Below, piece after piece: positions 27,109 through 37,013 of a stretch of DNA of 64,000 nt. The translations under genes and the position numbers were made by a program. The notes below the pieces were generated by a model. The model made no database searches and was not told where the DNA came from. It was given only the letters and a program-made list of their open reading frames with translations. The DNA is from Candidatus Proximibacter danicus (GTDB lineage Bacteria > Pseudomonadota > Gammaproteobacteria > Burkholderiales > Rhodocyclaceae): NCBI GenBank assembly GCA_016710885.1, contig JADJUC010000002.1, positions 181,972 through 245,971 on the forward strand. The letters are read 5' to 3'. Each line of letters begins with the position of its first letter. Position 1 is the first letter of the stretch.

Positions 27109-27441
27109 TTACTGTTGTGGAAAACCTTCAAGCAAGCGGTCGACTATCCAACCGGCCTCGGACTCGGAGAGAAAACGATGCCAAGGCGGCATCGGTGTTC
27201 CCGGACGACCACCGACAATGGTCGCCACCAGAGACTCCTTCGGAATATCCCGACCTTTCAGCGCCTCCGCCGTCAGCGCCGGACCGAGGCCGCCGTTGAG
27301 TGTCATGCCGTGACACGAACCGCAATCCTGTCGCACCATGCGCACCAACTCATGCGCTCGCTCCGGCGACGGCTCGTTTGCACTTGCAGCGCTCGCCGCA
27401 AGCGAAAGATAAATCATCAAAAAATAATGCAAATTCTTCAT
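27109..27441 (-). CDS. nirC: cytochrome c55X NirC
   Basis: Signal peptide MKNLHYFLMIYLSLAASAASA, one CGSCHG heme motif and ...PMPPW. The start lies 9 nt after the cupredoxin stop. Confidence 0.8.
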   Translation of the reverse strand: MKNLHYFLMIYLSLAASAASANEPSPERAHELVRMVRQDCGSCHGMTLNGGLGPALTAEALKGRDIPKESLVATIVGGRPGTPMPPWHRFLSESEAGWIVDRLLEGFPQQ

Positions 27442-27449
27442 TGTCACGA

Positions 27450-27761
27450 TTACTCGACAATCACACGACCAACCATTTCGGGGTGTGGGCCACAAATGTA
27501 GGGATGCTCACCTTGTTTGGTGAATTTTCGCTTCCAGCTCTCGTCCGGAAACATCGGTTCAGACTCGGCAACACCCTCCTCCTTGAACCACACCGTGTGA
27601 TAACCGCGCCGCTCATAGCTTTTCCAGACGACGGTATCGCCCTTCTTGATTCGGATCTCTTCCGGAACGAACTTCATCTTCTCAATACGCACTTCCACCG
27701 TTGCGGCGTGCAGACTTCCCGCCAGCAACATGAATACCGATACAAAAAACAGTCGAAGCAT
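27450..27761 (-). CDS. small secreted cupredoxin (type-1 copper protein)
   Basis: Signal peptide, with the ligand pattern H (GYHTV) and C-x2-H-x2-M (YICGPHPEM). Confidence 0.8.
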   Translation of the reverse strand: MLRLFFVSVFMLLAGSLHAATVEVRIEKMKFVPEEIRIKKGDTVVWKSYERRGYHTVWFKEEGVAESEPMFPDESWKRKFTKQGEHPYICGPHPEMVGRVIVE

Positions 27762-27828
27762 GGCGAATCCTTTCGCTTGTGGCAGGAACTACGATGTTTC
27801 AGACCGCCGATTATAGGACGGGTTCAGC

Positions 27829-27855
27829 AAAAAAAACGGGGGCCGAAGCCCCCGT
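27829..27855 (-). terminator. rho-independent terminator after nirS
   Basis: Minus strand reads ACGGGGGC-TTCG-GCCCCCGT followed by T8. Confidence 0.8.
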
Positions 27856-27879
27856 TCTGTAACGCTACGCTGCAGACGA

Positions 27880-29544
27880 TTAGTAAATGTCGTGCATGGT
27901 GTTGTAGACGTTGAACTTGCCGGTCGGCGTCACGAGACGCTTGTCCTTGATGACGGTCTTGACCTTGCGGGTCTTGTCATCAACCACAACGATCGCCGAG
28001 GCTTCGGTCTTGTTACCGGTCCAGACGGAGAACCAGATCTCGTCGCCCTTCTCGTTGTACTCACCGTGCACCACGCGCTGGATACCCTTGGTCTTGCCCA
28101 GATCGGCAGCAGCAGCCAGGTCGAGGATTTCCGGCTTGGCGTCGCCGCCGAGTTCGGAAATCTTGTACACCGTGACGGAACCAGCCAGCTTGGCATCCGG
28201 GTTCAGCGGAGCGTCAGCCCAGAGGTTCTCGGACTTCGGGTGCGTCTTGACGAACAGCGAGTTGGCGCCGTGGTTCTTCAACTCCTGAACAACCTTCCAA
28301 GCATTGTCCTTGTTGTTTTCCGGATCGGTACCAATGATGCTGATCACGTCGGAACCCAAGTGCGAAGTTGCCCAGACCGGACCAAACTTCGGATGCTTGA
28401 AGTTGGCGCCACGACCCGGGTGCGGGATCTTGGCGGTATTGACCAGCGCCGCCAGCTTGCCTTCCTGGGTATCAACCACTGCCACCTTGTTGGAGGCGTT
28501 GGCAGCCACCAGGAAGTAACGCTTGGTCGAATCCCAGCCGCCGTCGTGCAGGAACTTGGCGGAGTTAACCGTGATTTCCTTCAGGTTGTTCAGGTCCGAG
28601 TAGTCAACCAGCTTGATCATGCCGGTTTCCTTGATGTTGATGACCCACTCAGGCTTGTGCTCGGAAGCGACGATCGAGGCAACGCGAGGTTCCGGATGGT
28701 AGTTGCCATCAACGGTGTTACCACGGGTCGACACGTTCTTCAGCGGCTCAAGCGTCAGGCCGTCGAGGATGGTGTACTGCGGCGGCCAGTAGGAACCGAC
28801 CACGGCGTACTTGTCTTCGTAACCCTTGAACTTGGAGGTCTCGATCGAACGGGCTTCGAAGCCAGCCTTCAGCGTAGCAACGGTCGTCGGCATTTCGGTC
28901 CACATGTCGATCAGGTCATAGCGGCCATCGCGGCCGATAACGTGAACGTAGCGACCGGAGGTCGACAGACGCGAGATATGAACAGCGTAGCCAGTCTTGA
29001 TGACAGCCCAGATCTTCTTGGTGTCGCCGTCAATCAGCGCAACTTCACCCGAGTCACGCAGGGTGACGGAGAAGATGTTGTTCAGGTTGACGTTGTTCAT
29101 CTGCTTGGTCGGACGCTTGTCGACCGGGATCAGCAACTTCCAGCTGCCCTTGATGTCAGCAAGGCTCCACTCCGGGGGCGCTTCGGCCGGCATCTGGAGG
29201 TAGGTGGCCATGTTGGCGATTTCCTTCTTCGACAGGATGTCGTCGAAGTTGACCATGCCGCCTTCGGTACCGTAGGCAAGCACCTTCTCAAGACGAGCCT
29301 GGCCGAGCTTGGTGGTATTGGCCGGCTCGAGATTCTTGCCGGTTGCGCCCTTGCGCAGCATGCCGTGGCAGCCAGCGCAACGCTCGAAATAGACCTTGCC
29401 TGTAGCGGCCTTATCTTCTGCCGACAGCGTCGGAGCAGCAGGGGCTGCGGAAGCAGCTTGTTTCTTGGCCGGGGCAGCATATGCAGTAGCTACAGCCAGC
29501 GGCAGTGCAGCCAGCATCAGGGTGTTACGTACGAGTTTCTTCAT
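27880..29544 (-). CDS. nirS: cytochrome cd1 nitrite reductase
   Basis: Signal peptide, N-terminal heme c domain (CAGCHG) and a long d1 beta-propeller ending ...FNVYNTMHDIY. Confidence 0.95.
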   Translation of the reverse strand: MKKLVRNTLMLAALPLAVATAYAAPAKKQAASAAPAAPTLSAEDKAATGKVYFERCAGCHGMLRKGATGKNLEPANTTKLGQARLEKVLAYGTEGGMVNFDDILSKKEIANMATYLQMPAEAPPEWSLADIKGSWKLLIPVDKRPTKQMNNVNLNNIFSVTLRDSGEVALIDGDTKKIWAVIKTGYAVHISRLSTSGRYVHVIGRDGRYDLIDMWTEMPTTVATLKAGFEARSIETSKFKGYEDKYAVVGSYWPPQYTILDGLTLEPLKNVSTRGNTVDGNYHPEPRVASIVASEHKPEWVINIKETGMIKLVDYSDLNNLKEITVNSAKFLHDGGWDSTKRYFLVAANASNKVAVVDTQEGKLAALVNTAKIPHPGRGANFKHPKFGPVWATSHLGSDVISIIGTDPENNKDNAWKVVQELKNHGANSLFVKTHPKSENLWADAPLNPDAKLAGSVTVYKISELGGDAKPEILDLAAAADLGKTKGIQRVVHGEYNEKGDEIWFSVWTGNKTEASAIVVVDDKTRKVKTVIKDKRLVTPTGKFNVYNTMHDIY

Positions 29545-29636
29545 ATTTCCTCTCCTCTTATTGAAAAGCGGCGCGCATTGTCACGATTGGACACCAACGC
29601 TGGTCGCTAATGTGCTCCACTTGGAAAAGCCAATCT

Positions 29637-29650
29637 TTGACCCAAATCAA
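29637..29650. promoter_or_regulatory. FNR/DNR/NnrR-type box in the nirS-nirE divergent intergenic region
   Basis: TTGAC-CCAA-ATCAA matches 9/10 of consensus. Its centre is ~100 nt upstream of the nirS ATG and ~110 nt upstream of the cobA/nirE ATG. Confidence 0.65.
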
Positions 29651-29755
29651 CTATTTCCAGCAAGGTTATTACTAAAGTGCGATCACTGTTGAACAACCAC
29701 ACGACGGCCGTATATCCTTGCGCCTCGAAAGTACGGCACCGAGCCCAGAGCATAC

Positions 29756-30520
29756 ATGAACAAACCCCACACAAGCTGCAATCCCGGAACCGTCTACCTT
29801 GTTGGCAGCGGCCCCGGCGATCCTGAACTTCTGACGCTCAAGGCAGCGCGATTGGTCGGGGCTGCCGATGTCATCGTCTATGACCACCTGGGAGCGGAAG
29901 GCGTACTTGACCTCGCCCGGCCGGATGCGGAAAAAATCTACGCCGGCAAGGAAGCCTCGAACCACGCACTGCCCCAGGAAGAGATCAATGTCCTCCTGGT
30001 GCGCCTGGCCAAGCAGGGCAAGCGCGTTGTCCGCCTGAAGGGCGGCGATCCGTTCATCTTCGGCCGTGGGGGTGAGGAAATCGAGACGCTCGCCGAGAAT
30101 GGCGTGCCGTTTGAAGTCGTTCCGGGCGTCACCGCCGCATCGGGTTGCGGTTCCTATGCCGGCATTCCGCTGACACACCGTGACCACGCACAGATCTGCG
30201 TTTTTGCCACCGGCCACCTCAAGGATGGCAGCGTCAATCTGGACTGGAAAGCCCTGGCGCGGCCAGGCCAGACGGTGGTTTTCTACATGGGTATCGGCGG
30301 CGTCAGCGAAATCTGCAGCCAGCTGATGAGCAACGGATTGCCCGCCAATCACCCGGCAGCGGTCATTCAGCACGGCACCTCGCGGCGCCAGCGCGTCCTC
30401 ACCTCCGACCTGGGCAGCCTGCCAGAGGCCGTCGCAGCATCCGGAATAAAGCCGCCCGCACTGATTATCATCGGCACGGTCGTCAGCATGCAGAAACGTC
30501 TGGCCTGGTTCAAACCCTGA
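29756..30520 (+). CDS. cobA: uroporphyrinogen-III C-methyltransferase (NirE/CobA type)
   Basis: VYLVGSGPGDPELLTLKA...RLKGGDPFIFGRGGEE. It is divergent from nirS. Confidence 0.9.
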   Translation: MNKPHTSCNPGTVYLVGSGPGDPELLTLKAARLVGAADVIVYDHLGAEGVLDLARPDAEKIYAGKEASNHALPQEEINVLLVRLAKQGKRVVRLKGGDPFIFGRGGEEIETLAENGVPFEVVPGVTAASGCGSYAGIPLTHRDHAQICVFATGHLKDGSVNLDWKALARPGQTVVFYMGIGGVSEICSQLMSNGLPANHPAAVIQHGTSRRQRVLTSDLGSLPEAVAASGIKPPALIIIGTVVSMQKRLAWFKP

Positions 30521-31456
30521 TCAGGCCAGCAGCCCGATAGCAAGCAGCAGCGCAAAAACGGCCTGCAATCGGGCGGTTTCTCCCAGCAGGGCGTTGAATC
30601 CACGCCCCGCCGGCATGGCCCAGAAGCGGCGGGCAAGCTGCATGGCTGGCAAGGTCAGCACACTGGGCAGCAGCACCCACCAGCCGCGCCCAAGGGTCAC
30701 TGCCAAGACAGGCAGCAGCACAAATGGCAGAAGCAATTCGATGCCATAAATCCGGTTCATTCCCAGCCTTCCGAGATAAACCGCCAGCGTGCGCTTGCCA
30801 GCGCGGGTATCAGTCGCCAGATCGCGGGTGTTGTTGACGCTGATCACTGCCGCAGCGAACGCCCCCAGCATGAGCGCCACCAGAAAGGCTGGCAGCGACA
30901 AGGAAAAGGATTGCAGGTAATAGCTGCCACCGACCGCAGCGAGACCGAAGAACAGCATTACGAACAGCTCACCGAGTGGTGTGTAGGCAATTGGCCGCGG
31001 GCCCGCGGTATATGCCCAGCCCGCCAGCAACGACGCCAGACCGATACCAACGATCGGCCAGCCGCCACGCATTACCAGAAAAATACCGAGAACGAAGGCC
31101 AGCGCAAACGACAGCCAGGCAGCACGACGCACGGCATGTGCCGGCAGCCAGCCCATGGCCGTCACCCGAGGTGGGCCGAGACGATCCGGCGTATCCGCGC
31201 CGCGCTCGAAATCGGAAACATCGTTGTGCAGATTGGTGCCGATCTGGATCAGCATGGCTGCCAAAAACGCGACGATCGCCGGCCAAAGCTGGACAAAGCC
31301 GAGTTCGGCATAAGCCACTGCCGAACCGGCGAGTACGGGGGCCATCGAGACAGAAAGGGTTTTCGGGCGTAGCGCCTGCCACCACGCCGCGTGCGCGGAA
31401 GGCCTGCCAAAGCGGCTTTCCACCAGCTTTTCAGCCGGATCTGGCGAGGAGTGCAT
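30521..31456 (-). CDS. menA: 1,4-dihydroxy-2-naphthoate polyprenyltransferase (UbiA family)
   Basis: UbiA motif NLHNDVSDFERGAD and multiple TM helices. Start moved to ATG 31456, because the track ORF N-terminus reads through the tRNA. Confidence 0.8.
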   Translation of the reverse strand: MHSSPDPAEKLVESRFGRPSAHAAWWQALRPKTLSVSMAPVLAGSAVAYAELGFVQLWPAIVAFLAAMLIQIGTNLHNDVSDFERGADTPDRLGPPRVTAMGWLPAHAVRRAAWLSFALAFVLGIFLVMRGGWPIVGIGLASLLAGWAYTAGPRPIAYTPLGELFVMLFFGLAAVGGSYYLQSFSLSLPAFLVALMLGAFAAAVISVNNTRDLATDTRAGKRTLAVYLGRLGMNRIYGIELLLPFVLLPVLAVTLGRGWWVLLPSVLTLPAMQLARRFWAMPAGRGFNALLGETARLQAVFALLLAIGLLA

Positions 31457-31485
31457 GGTATACTCGTGCGCGTTTTTTCGCTGCT

Positions 31486-31570
31486 TGGTGCCGAGAGAGG
31501 GACTCGAACCCTCACGCCTTTCGGCGGCGGATTTTGAATCCGCTGCGTCTACCGATTCCGCCATCTCGGC
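31486..31570 (-). tRNA. tRNA-Leu (anticodon CAA)
   Basis: Manual fold of the reverse complement GCCGAGATGGCGGAATCGGTAGACGCAGCGGATTCAAAATCCGCCGCCGAAAGGCGTGAGGGTTCGAGTCCCTCTCTCGGCACCA. The acceptor stem is GCCGAGA/TCTCGGC, with a long variable arm, GGTTCGAGTCC T-loop, anticodon loop TTCAAAA and encoded CCA. Confidence 0.9.
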
Positions 31571-31672
31571 CTGAGGTTTGCATGATGCAAACCGGAGGAG
31601 CGCGGATTATCCCCGATTCACGCGCTCCGGACAAGCCAACCCTGCGTCACTTTTATAGCCGCCCCTGCCTTC

Positions 31673-32707
31673 ATGCTGACTGTCGACGACTTTGATTTCG
31701 ACCTCCCCGCTGCGCTGATCGCCCAGCACCCGGCGCCTTCACGCACGGCCAGCCGGTTGCTGCACGTCAGCGGGCCAGCACTCGTCGATCTGCGCTTCAC
31801 CGACTTGCCCAGCTTGCTGGCGCCGGGCGACCTGCTGGTTTTCAACGACACCAAGGTCATCCGGGCACGACTCTTTGGCCAGAAAGACAGTGGCGGCCAG
31901 GTCGAGGTGCTGATCGAGCGCATCGTCGATGCCCGTCACGCGCTGGCACAGGTGCGCGCCAGCAAGTCGCCGAAACCGGGAACGAAGTTGCGCCTGGCCG
32001 ACGCCTTCGAGGTCACGGTCACCGGGCGGGCGGGAGCGGCCCAGGAGTTTTTTGCGCTGGAACTGCCGGAAGGCGGCGATTTCTGGCAACTGACCGAAGC
32101 ACACGGCCGCCTGCCGCTGCCGCCCTACATCACGCATGCAGCCGGCAGCGACGACGAGTCGCGCTACCAGACGGTGTTCGCCCGTGAACCGGGCGCCGTG
32201 GCCGCACCGACCGCCGGGCTGCATTTCGACGAAGCGATGCTGGCCGAGTTACGGGCACAGGGTATCGAACAGGCCTGGCTGACGCTGCATGTCGGCGCCG
32301 GCACCTTCCAGCCGGTGCGGGTCACCGAGCTTTCCGAACACCGCATGCATTCCGAGCGTTTCGAAATTCCGCAGGCCACGGTCGATGCGATTGCCGCCAC
32401 CCGTGCTCGCGGCGGCCGCGTCATCGCCGTCGGCACCACCTCGCTGCGCGCCCTGGAAGCGGCTGCGCAATCGGGCGAATTGCAGGCCGGCGCGGCGGAA
32501 ACGACGATCTTCATCACGCCGGGCTATCGCTTCAAGGTGGTCGACCGGCTGATCACCAATTTTCACCTGCCTAAATCGACGCTGTTGATGCTGGTCTCGG
32601 CTTTCGCCGGCTTCGACACCATCAGTGCCGCCTACACCCACGCCATCGCCGAACGTTACCGCTTCTTCAGCTATGGCGACGCCATGCTTCTGGAAAAGCA
32701 TGAATGA
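31673..32707 (+). CDS. queA: S-adenosylmethionine:tRNA ribosyltransferase-isomerase
   Basis: [20 protein letters not shown]...[11 protein letters not shown]...[14 protein letters not shown]. Confidence 0.95.
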   Translation: MLTVDDFDFDLPAALIAQHPAPSRTASRLLHVSGPALVDLRFTDLPSLLAPGDLLVFNDTKVIRARLFGQKDSGGQVEVLIERIVDARHALAQVRASKSPKPGTKLRLADAFEVTVTGRAGAAQEFFALELPEGGDFWQLTEAHGRLPLPPYITHAAGSDDESRYQTVFAREPGAVAAPTAGLHFDEAMLAELRAQGIEQAWLTLHVGAGTFQPVRVTELSEHRMHSERFEIPQATVDAIAATRARGGRVIAVGTTSLRALEAAAQSGELQAGAAETTIFITPGYRFKVVDRLITNFHLPKSTLLMLVSAFAGFDTISAAYTHAIAERYRFFSYGDAMLLEKHE

Positions 32708-32743
32708 TTCTGAAATACCAGCGCGCCGCTCATGGTTCGATAC

Positions 32744-33966
<1,223 letters not shown>

Positions 33967-33967
33967 A

Positions 33968-34558
33968 TCAGGGGAGTTGCGAGAGGTAATCGGCGACGGC
34001 CTTGGCTTCCATTTCGGTCAGGCGCGAGGCAACGAGGTGCATGACCGCATTGTCGTTGGTCCGCGTGCGCTGGTTGAATTCCTTCAATTGCATCAGCAGG
34101 TAACGCGAATTTTGCCCGGCCAGACGCGGCAGGGTTGTCGTGCCGTGTGCATCCGCCCCGTGACAGTCGGCGCAGGCCGGCACACCTGACCAGTTATTGC
34201 CCTTGCGGTAGATGTAACGGCCAACGGCCAGCAAGTCCTCGTCCGCAATACGATGCTGTTTCGCCGGCCGCTCGCCGAACCAGGCCGCCAGGGCAGTGAT
34301 TTCATCATTGGGCAGGCCCGCGACCTGCGGCCCCATCGTCTCGCTCTTGCGCCGCCCGGCCTTGAAATCCTGCAACTGTTTGGCCAGATACTCCCGGTTC
34401 TGCCCGGCCAGTGAAGGAAAGATTGGCGAAGCGGCCTGACCCTGCGGCCCATGGCAGGTCGCACACTGCGTATTCACGCGTTCCTCGACACCCATTGCCG
34501 CAGCCCCTGCACTCATCAGCGAAAGCGTGGCGGCCAGCACCAAATCACGGTATGTCAT
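33968..34558 (-). CDS. diheme cytochrome c4
   Basis: Signal peptide and two heme motifs, CATCHG and CADCHG. ATG at 34558. Confidence 0.85.
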   Translation of the reverse strand: MTYRDLVLAATLSLMSAGAAAMGVEERVNTQCATCHGPQGQAASPIFPSLAGQNREYLAKQLQDFKAGRRKSETMGPQVAGLPNDEITALAAWFGERPAKQHRIADEDLLAVGRYIYRKGNNWSGVPACADCHGADAHGTTTLPRLAGQNSRYLLMQLKEFNQRTRTNDNAVMHLVASRLTEMEAKAVADYLSQLP

Positions 34559-34719
34559 CTCGATCTCCTGTTCATTGGCAACGCGTGCCAGACTGAATAT
34601 TAGCAAAAGCCAATTCTCCAGCCGCCGGTTGAGAAAACGCAGCAGGCCAAAGCGCCGGAACAGCTACAGGCAAGTGATACAATGCCCGACTTTTGCCACT
34701 ACTCTAATGGAGACAACCC

Positions 34720-35046
34720 GTGCTGATTAGCTCTGCCTACGCACAAGCTGCCGGTGCTGCCGATCCTGGCGGCAGCATGATGCAATTCCTGCCCATCATC
34801 CTGATGTTCGTCGTGTTGTGGTTCCTGATGATCCGCCCGCAGCAAAAGCGTGCCAAGGAACATAAGGCCATGCTTGACGCCCTGGCCAAGGGTGACGAAA
34901 TCGTGACCGGCGGCGGCATCGCCGGCCGCGTCGTCAAGGTCGGCGAGAACTTCGTTGCCGTTGAGCTCGCCGATGGCGTTGAAGTACAGGTTCAGAAGCC
35001 GGCGATCACGCTGGTTCTGCCGAAGGGCACCCTGAAGGCGCTCTAA
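34720..35046 (+). CDS. yajC: preprotein translocase subunit YajC
   Basis: GTG start after GGAGA; FLPIILMFVVLWFLMIRPQQKRAKEHKAML. Confidence 0.9.
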   Translation: MLISSAYAQAAGAADPGGSMMQFLPIILMFVVLWFLMIRPQQKRAKEHKAMLDALAKGDEIVTGGGIAGRVVKVGENFVAVELADGVEVQVQKPAITLVLPKGTLKAL

Positions 35047-35122
35047 CCCGGGAAAACAGGGGCCGAAGACGTGGAGAAAAGTCCGCGCCGGCCCCCTCCC
35101 AACCTCTTGTTTCAAGACAGGC

Positions 35123-36991
35123 ATGAACAGATATCCGCTCTGGAAATACATCATCGTTGCATTGGCACTGGTGATCGGCTTCATCTACACCCTGCCGAAC
35201 TTTTTCGGTGAGTCGCCTGCCGTTCAGGTATCGAGCGTCAAGGCCACGATCAAGGTCGACGCCCGTACGCTGGAGCGCGCCGAATCGACGCTGAAGGCTG
35301 CAGCCATCGTACACAACGGAATGTTCCTCGACGCCACGGGCATCAAAGTCCGCCTTGCGAACACCGACCAGCAACTGAAGGCCAAGGACGTACTGGAAAA
35401 ACAGTTCAACCCCGACCTTCAGGACCCGCAGTACGTCGTTGCGCTGAACCTGCTTTCGGCCTCGCCGACCTGGTTGACCCGCATGAATGCGCTGCCGATG
35501 TACCTCGGCCTCGACCTGCGCGGTGGCGTACATTTTCTGCTGCAGGTGGACATGAAGGGCGCCACGACCAAGCGCCTTGACGCCACCGCCGCCGACCTGC
35601 GCTCCCTGTTCCGCGACAAGACCATCCGCCATGCCGGCATCAGCCGCGACGGCGACCGCATCACCATTCGTTTCCGCGAAGCCGAAACACGCGACAAGGG
35701 CCGCAATACCCTGGCCGACAACCAGCCCGATCTGCAACTCGCCGAGCAGGGAGACGGCAGCGACCTGCGTCTGGTCGCCACGCTGAAGCCGGAAGCGATG
35801 AATCGCATCCAGGAATTCGCGCTCAAGCAGAACATCACCACGCTGCACAACCGCATCAACGAGCTTGGCGTGGCCGAGCCGGTGATCCAGCAGCAGGGCG
35901 CCGACCGCATCGTCGTTCAGTTGCCGGGAGTCCAGGACACGGCCAAGGCCAAGGACATTCTCGGCCGTACCGCCACGCTTGAAGTCCGCATGGTGGACGA
36001 CACCCCAGGAGCGCTGGAAGCCGCTCAGGCCGGCCAGGTTCCGTTCGGTACCGAGCTTTATGTCGAACGGGGTGGCGCTCCACTACTGGTTAAAAAGCAG
36101 GTTGTGCTCACCGGTGACCGTCTGACCGATGCGCAGCCCGGGTTCGATACGCAGACGCAGGAGCCCGCTGTTCACCTTTCGCTGGATTCGGCTGGCTCAC
36201 GCATCTTCAAGGACATCACCCGCGAAAACGTCGGCAAGCGCATGGCCATCCTGCTCATCGAAAAGGGCAAGGGCGAGGTCGTCACGGCGCCGGTCATCCG
36301 CGCCGAAATCGGCGGCGGCCGCGTGCAGATTTCCGGCCGCATGACCACCACCGAAGCCAACGATACCGCGCTGCTACTGCGTGCTGGCTCGCTGGCAGCA
36401 CCGATGGAAATCATCGAGGAACGCACCATCGGGCCATCGCTCGGCGCCGAGAACATCAAGAAGGGTTTTGATTCGACGCTCTGGGGCTTTGCCGCCATCG
36501 CCGTCTTCATGATCGCCTACTACATGCTGTTCGGTCTGATCTCGGTCATCGCGCTGGCGTCCAACCTGCTCTTCCTGGTGGCCCTGCTGTCGATGCTGCA
36601 GGCAACGCTGACCCTGCCCGGTATCGCCGCCATCGCGCTGACACTGGGTATGGCCATCGACGCCAACGTGCTGATCAACGAGCGTATCCGCGAAGAACTG
36701 AGAAATGGCGCGACGCCACAGGCGGCCATCACTGCCGGCTACGAGCGCGCCTTCGATACCATTCTCGACTCCAACGTGACGACGATGATTGCCGGCCTGG
36801 CCCTGCTCATCTTCGGCTCCGGCCCGGTGCGCGGCTTTGCCGTAGTGCATTGCCTGGGCATCCTGACTTCGATCTTCTCCGCAGTGGTGGTGTCGCGCGC
36901 CATGGTCAATCTCATCTACGGTCGCCGCAAGAAGCTGCCCTCGCTGGCCATCGGCCAGGTCTGGAAGCCCGCCGCACAGGCAGGCAAATAA
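35123..36991 (+). CDS. secD: protein translocase subunit SecD
   Basis: MNRYPLWKYIIVALALVIGFIYTLPNFFGE... and the C-terminal 6-TM RND-like domain. Confidence 0.95.
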   Translation: MNRYPLWKYIIVALALVIGFIYTLPNFFGESPAVQVSSVKATIKVDARTLERAESTLKAAAIVHNGMFLDATGIKVRLANTDQQLKAKDVLEKQFNPDLQDPQYVVALNLLSASPTWLTRMNALPMYLGLDLRGGVHFLLQVDMKGATTKRLDATAADLRSLFRDKTIRHAGISRDGDRITIRFREAETRDKGRNTLADNQPDLQLAEQGDGSDLRLVATLKPEAMNRIQEFALKQNITTLHNRINELGVAEPVIQQQGADRIVVQLPGVQDTAKAKDILGRTATLEVRMVDDTPGALEAAQAGQVPFGTELYVERGGAPLLVKKQVVLTGDRLTDAQPGFDTQTQEPAVHLSLDSAGSRIFKDITRENVGKRMAILLIEKGKGEVVTAPVIRAEIGGGRVQISGRMTTTEANDTALLLRAGSLAAPMEIIEERTIGPSLGAENIKKGFDSTLWGFAAIAVFMIAYYMLFGLISVIALASNLLFLVALLSMLQATLTLPGIAAIALTLGMAIDANVLINERIREELRNGATPQAAITAGYERAFDTILDSNVTTMIAGLALLIFGSGPVRGFAVVHCLGILTSIFSAVVVSRAMVNLIYGRRKKLPSLAIGQVWKPAAQAGK

Positions 36992-37013
36992 GGGCATATC
37001 AAGGAAAAGCATC

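Noticed and set aside
27892-29610. 572-aa plus-strand ORF
   Set aside because: It is the antisense shadow of nirS.
31457-31564. N-terminal extension of the menA ORF (MAESVDAADSKSAAERREGSSPSLG...)
   Set aside because: This stretch is the translation of the tRNA-Leu gene. menA starts at ATG 31456.
31575-31593. Near-perfect palindrome GGTTTGCAT-G-ATGCAAACC between tRNA-Leu and queA as an operator
   Set aside because: It is a single occurrence with no partner regulator in context, and it could equally be a fortuitous promoter-region palindrome. It is noted but not supported.
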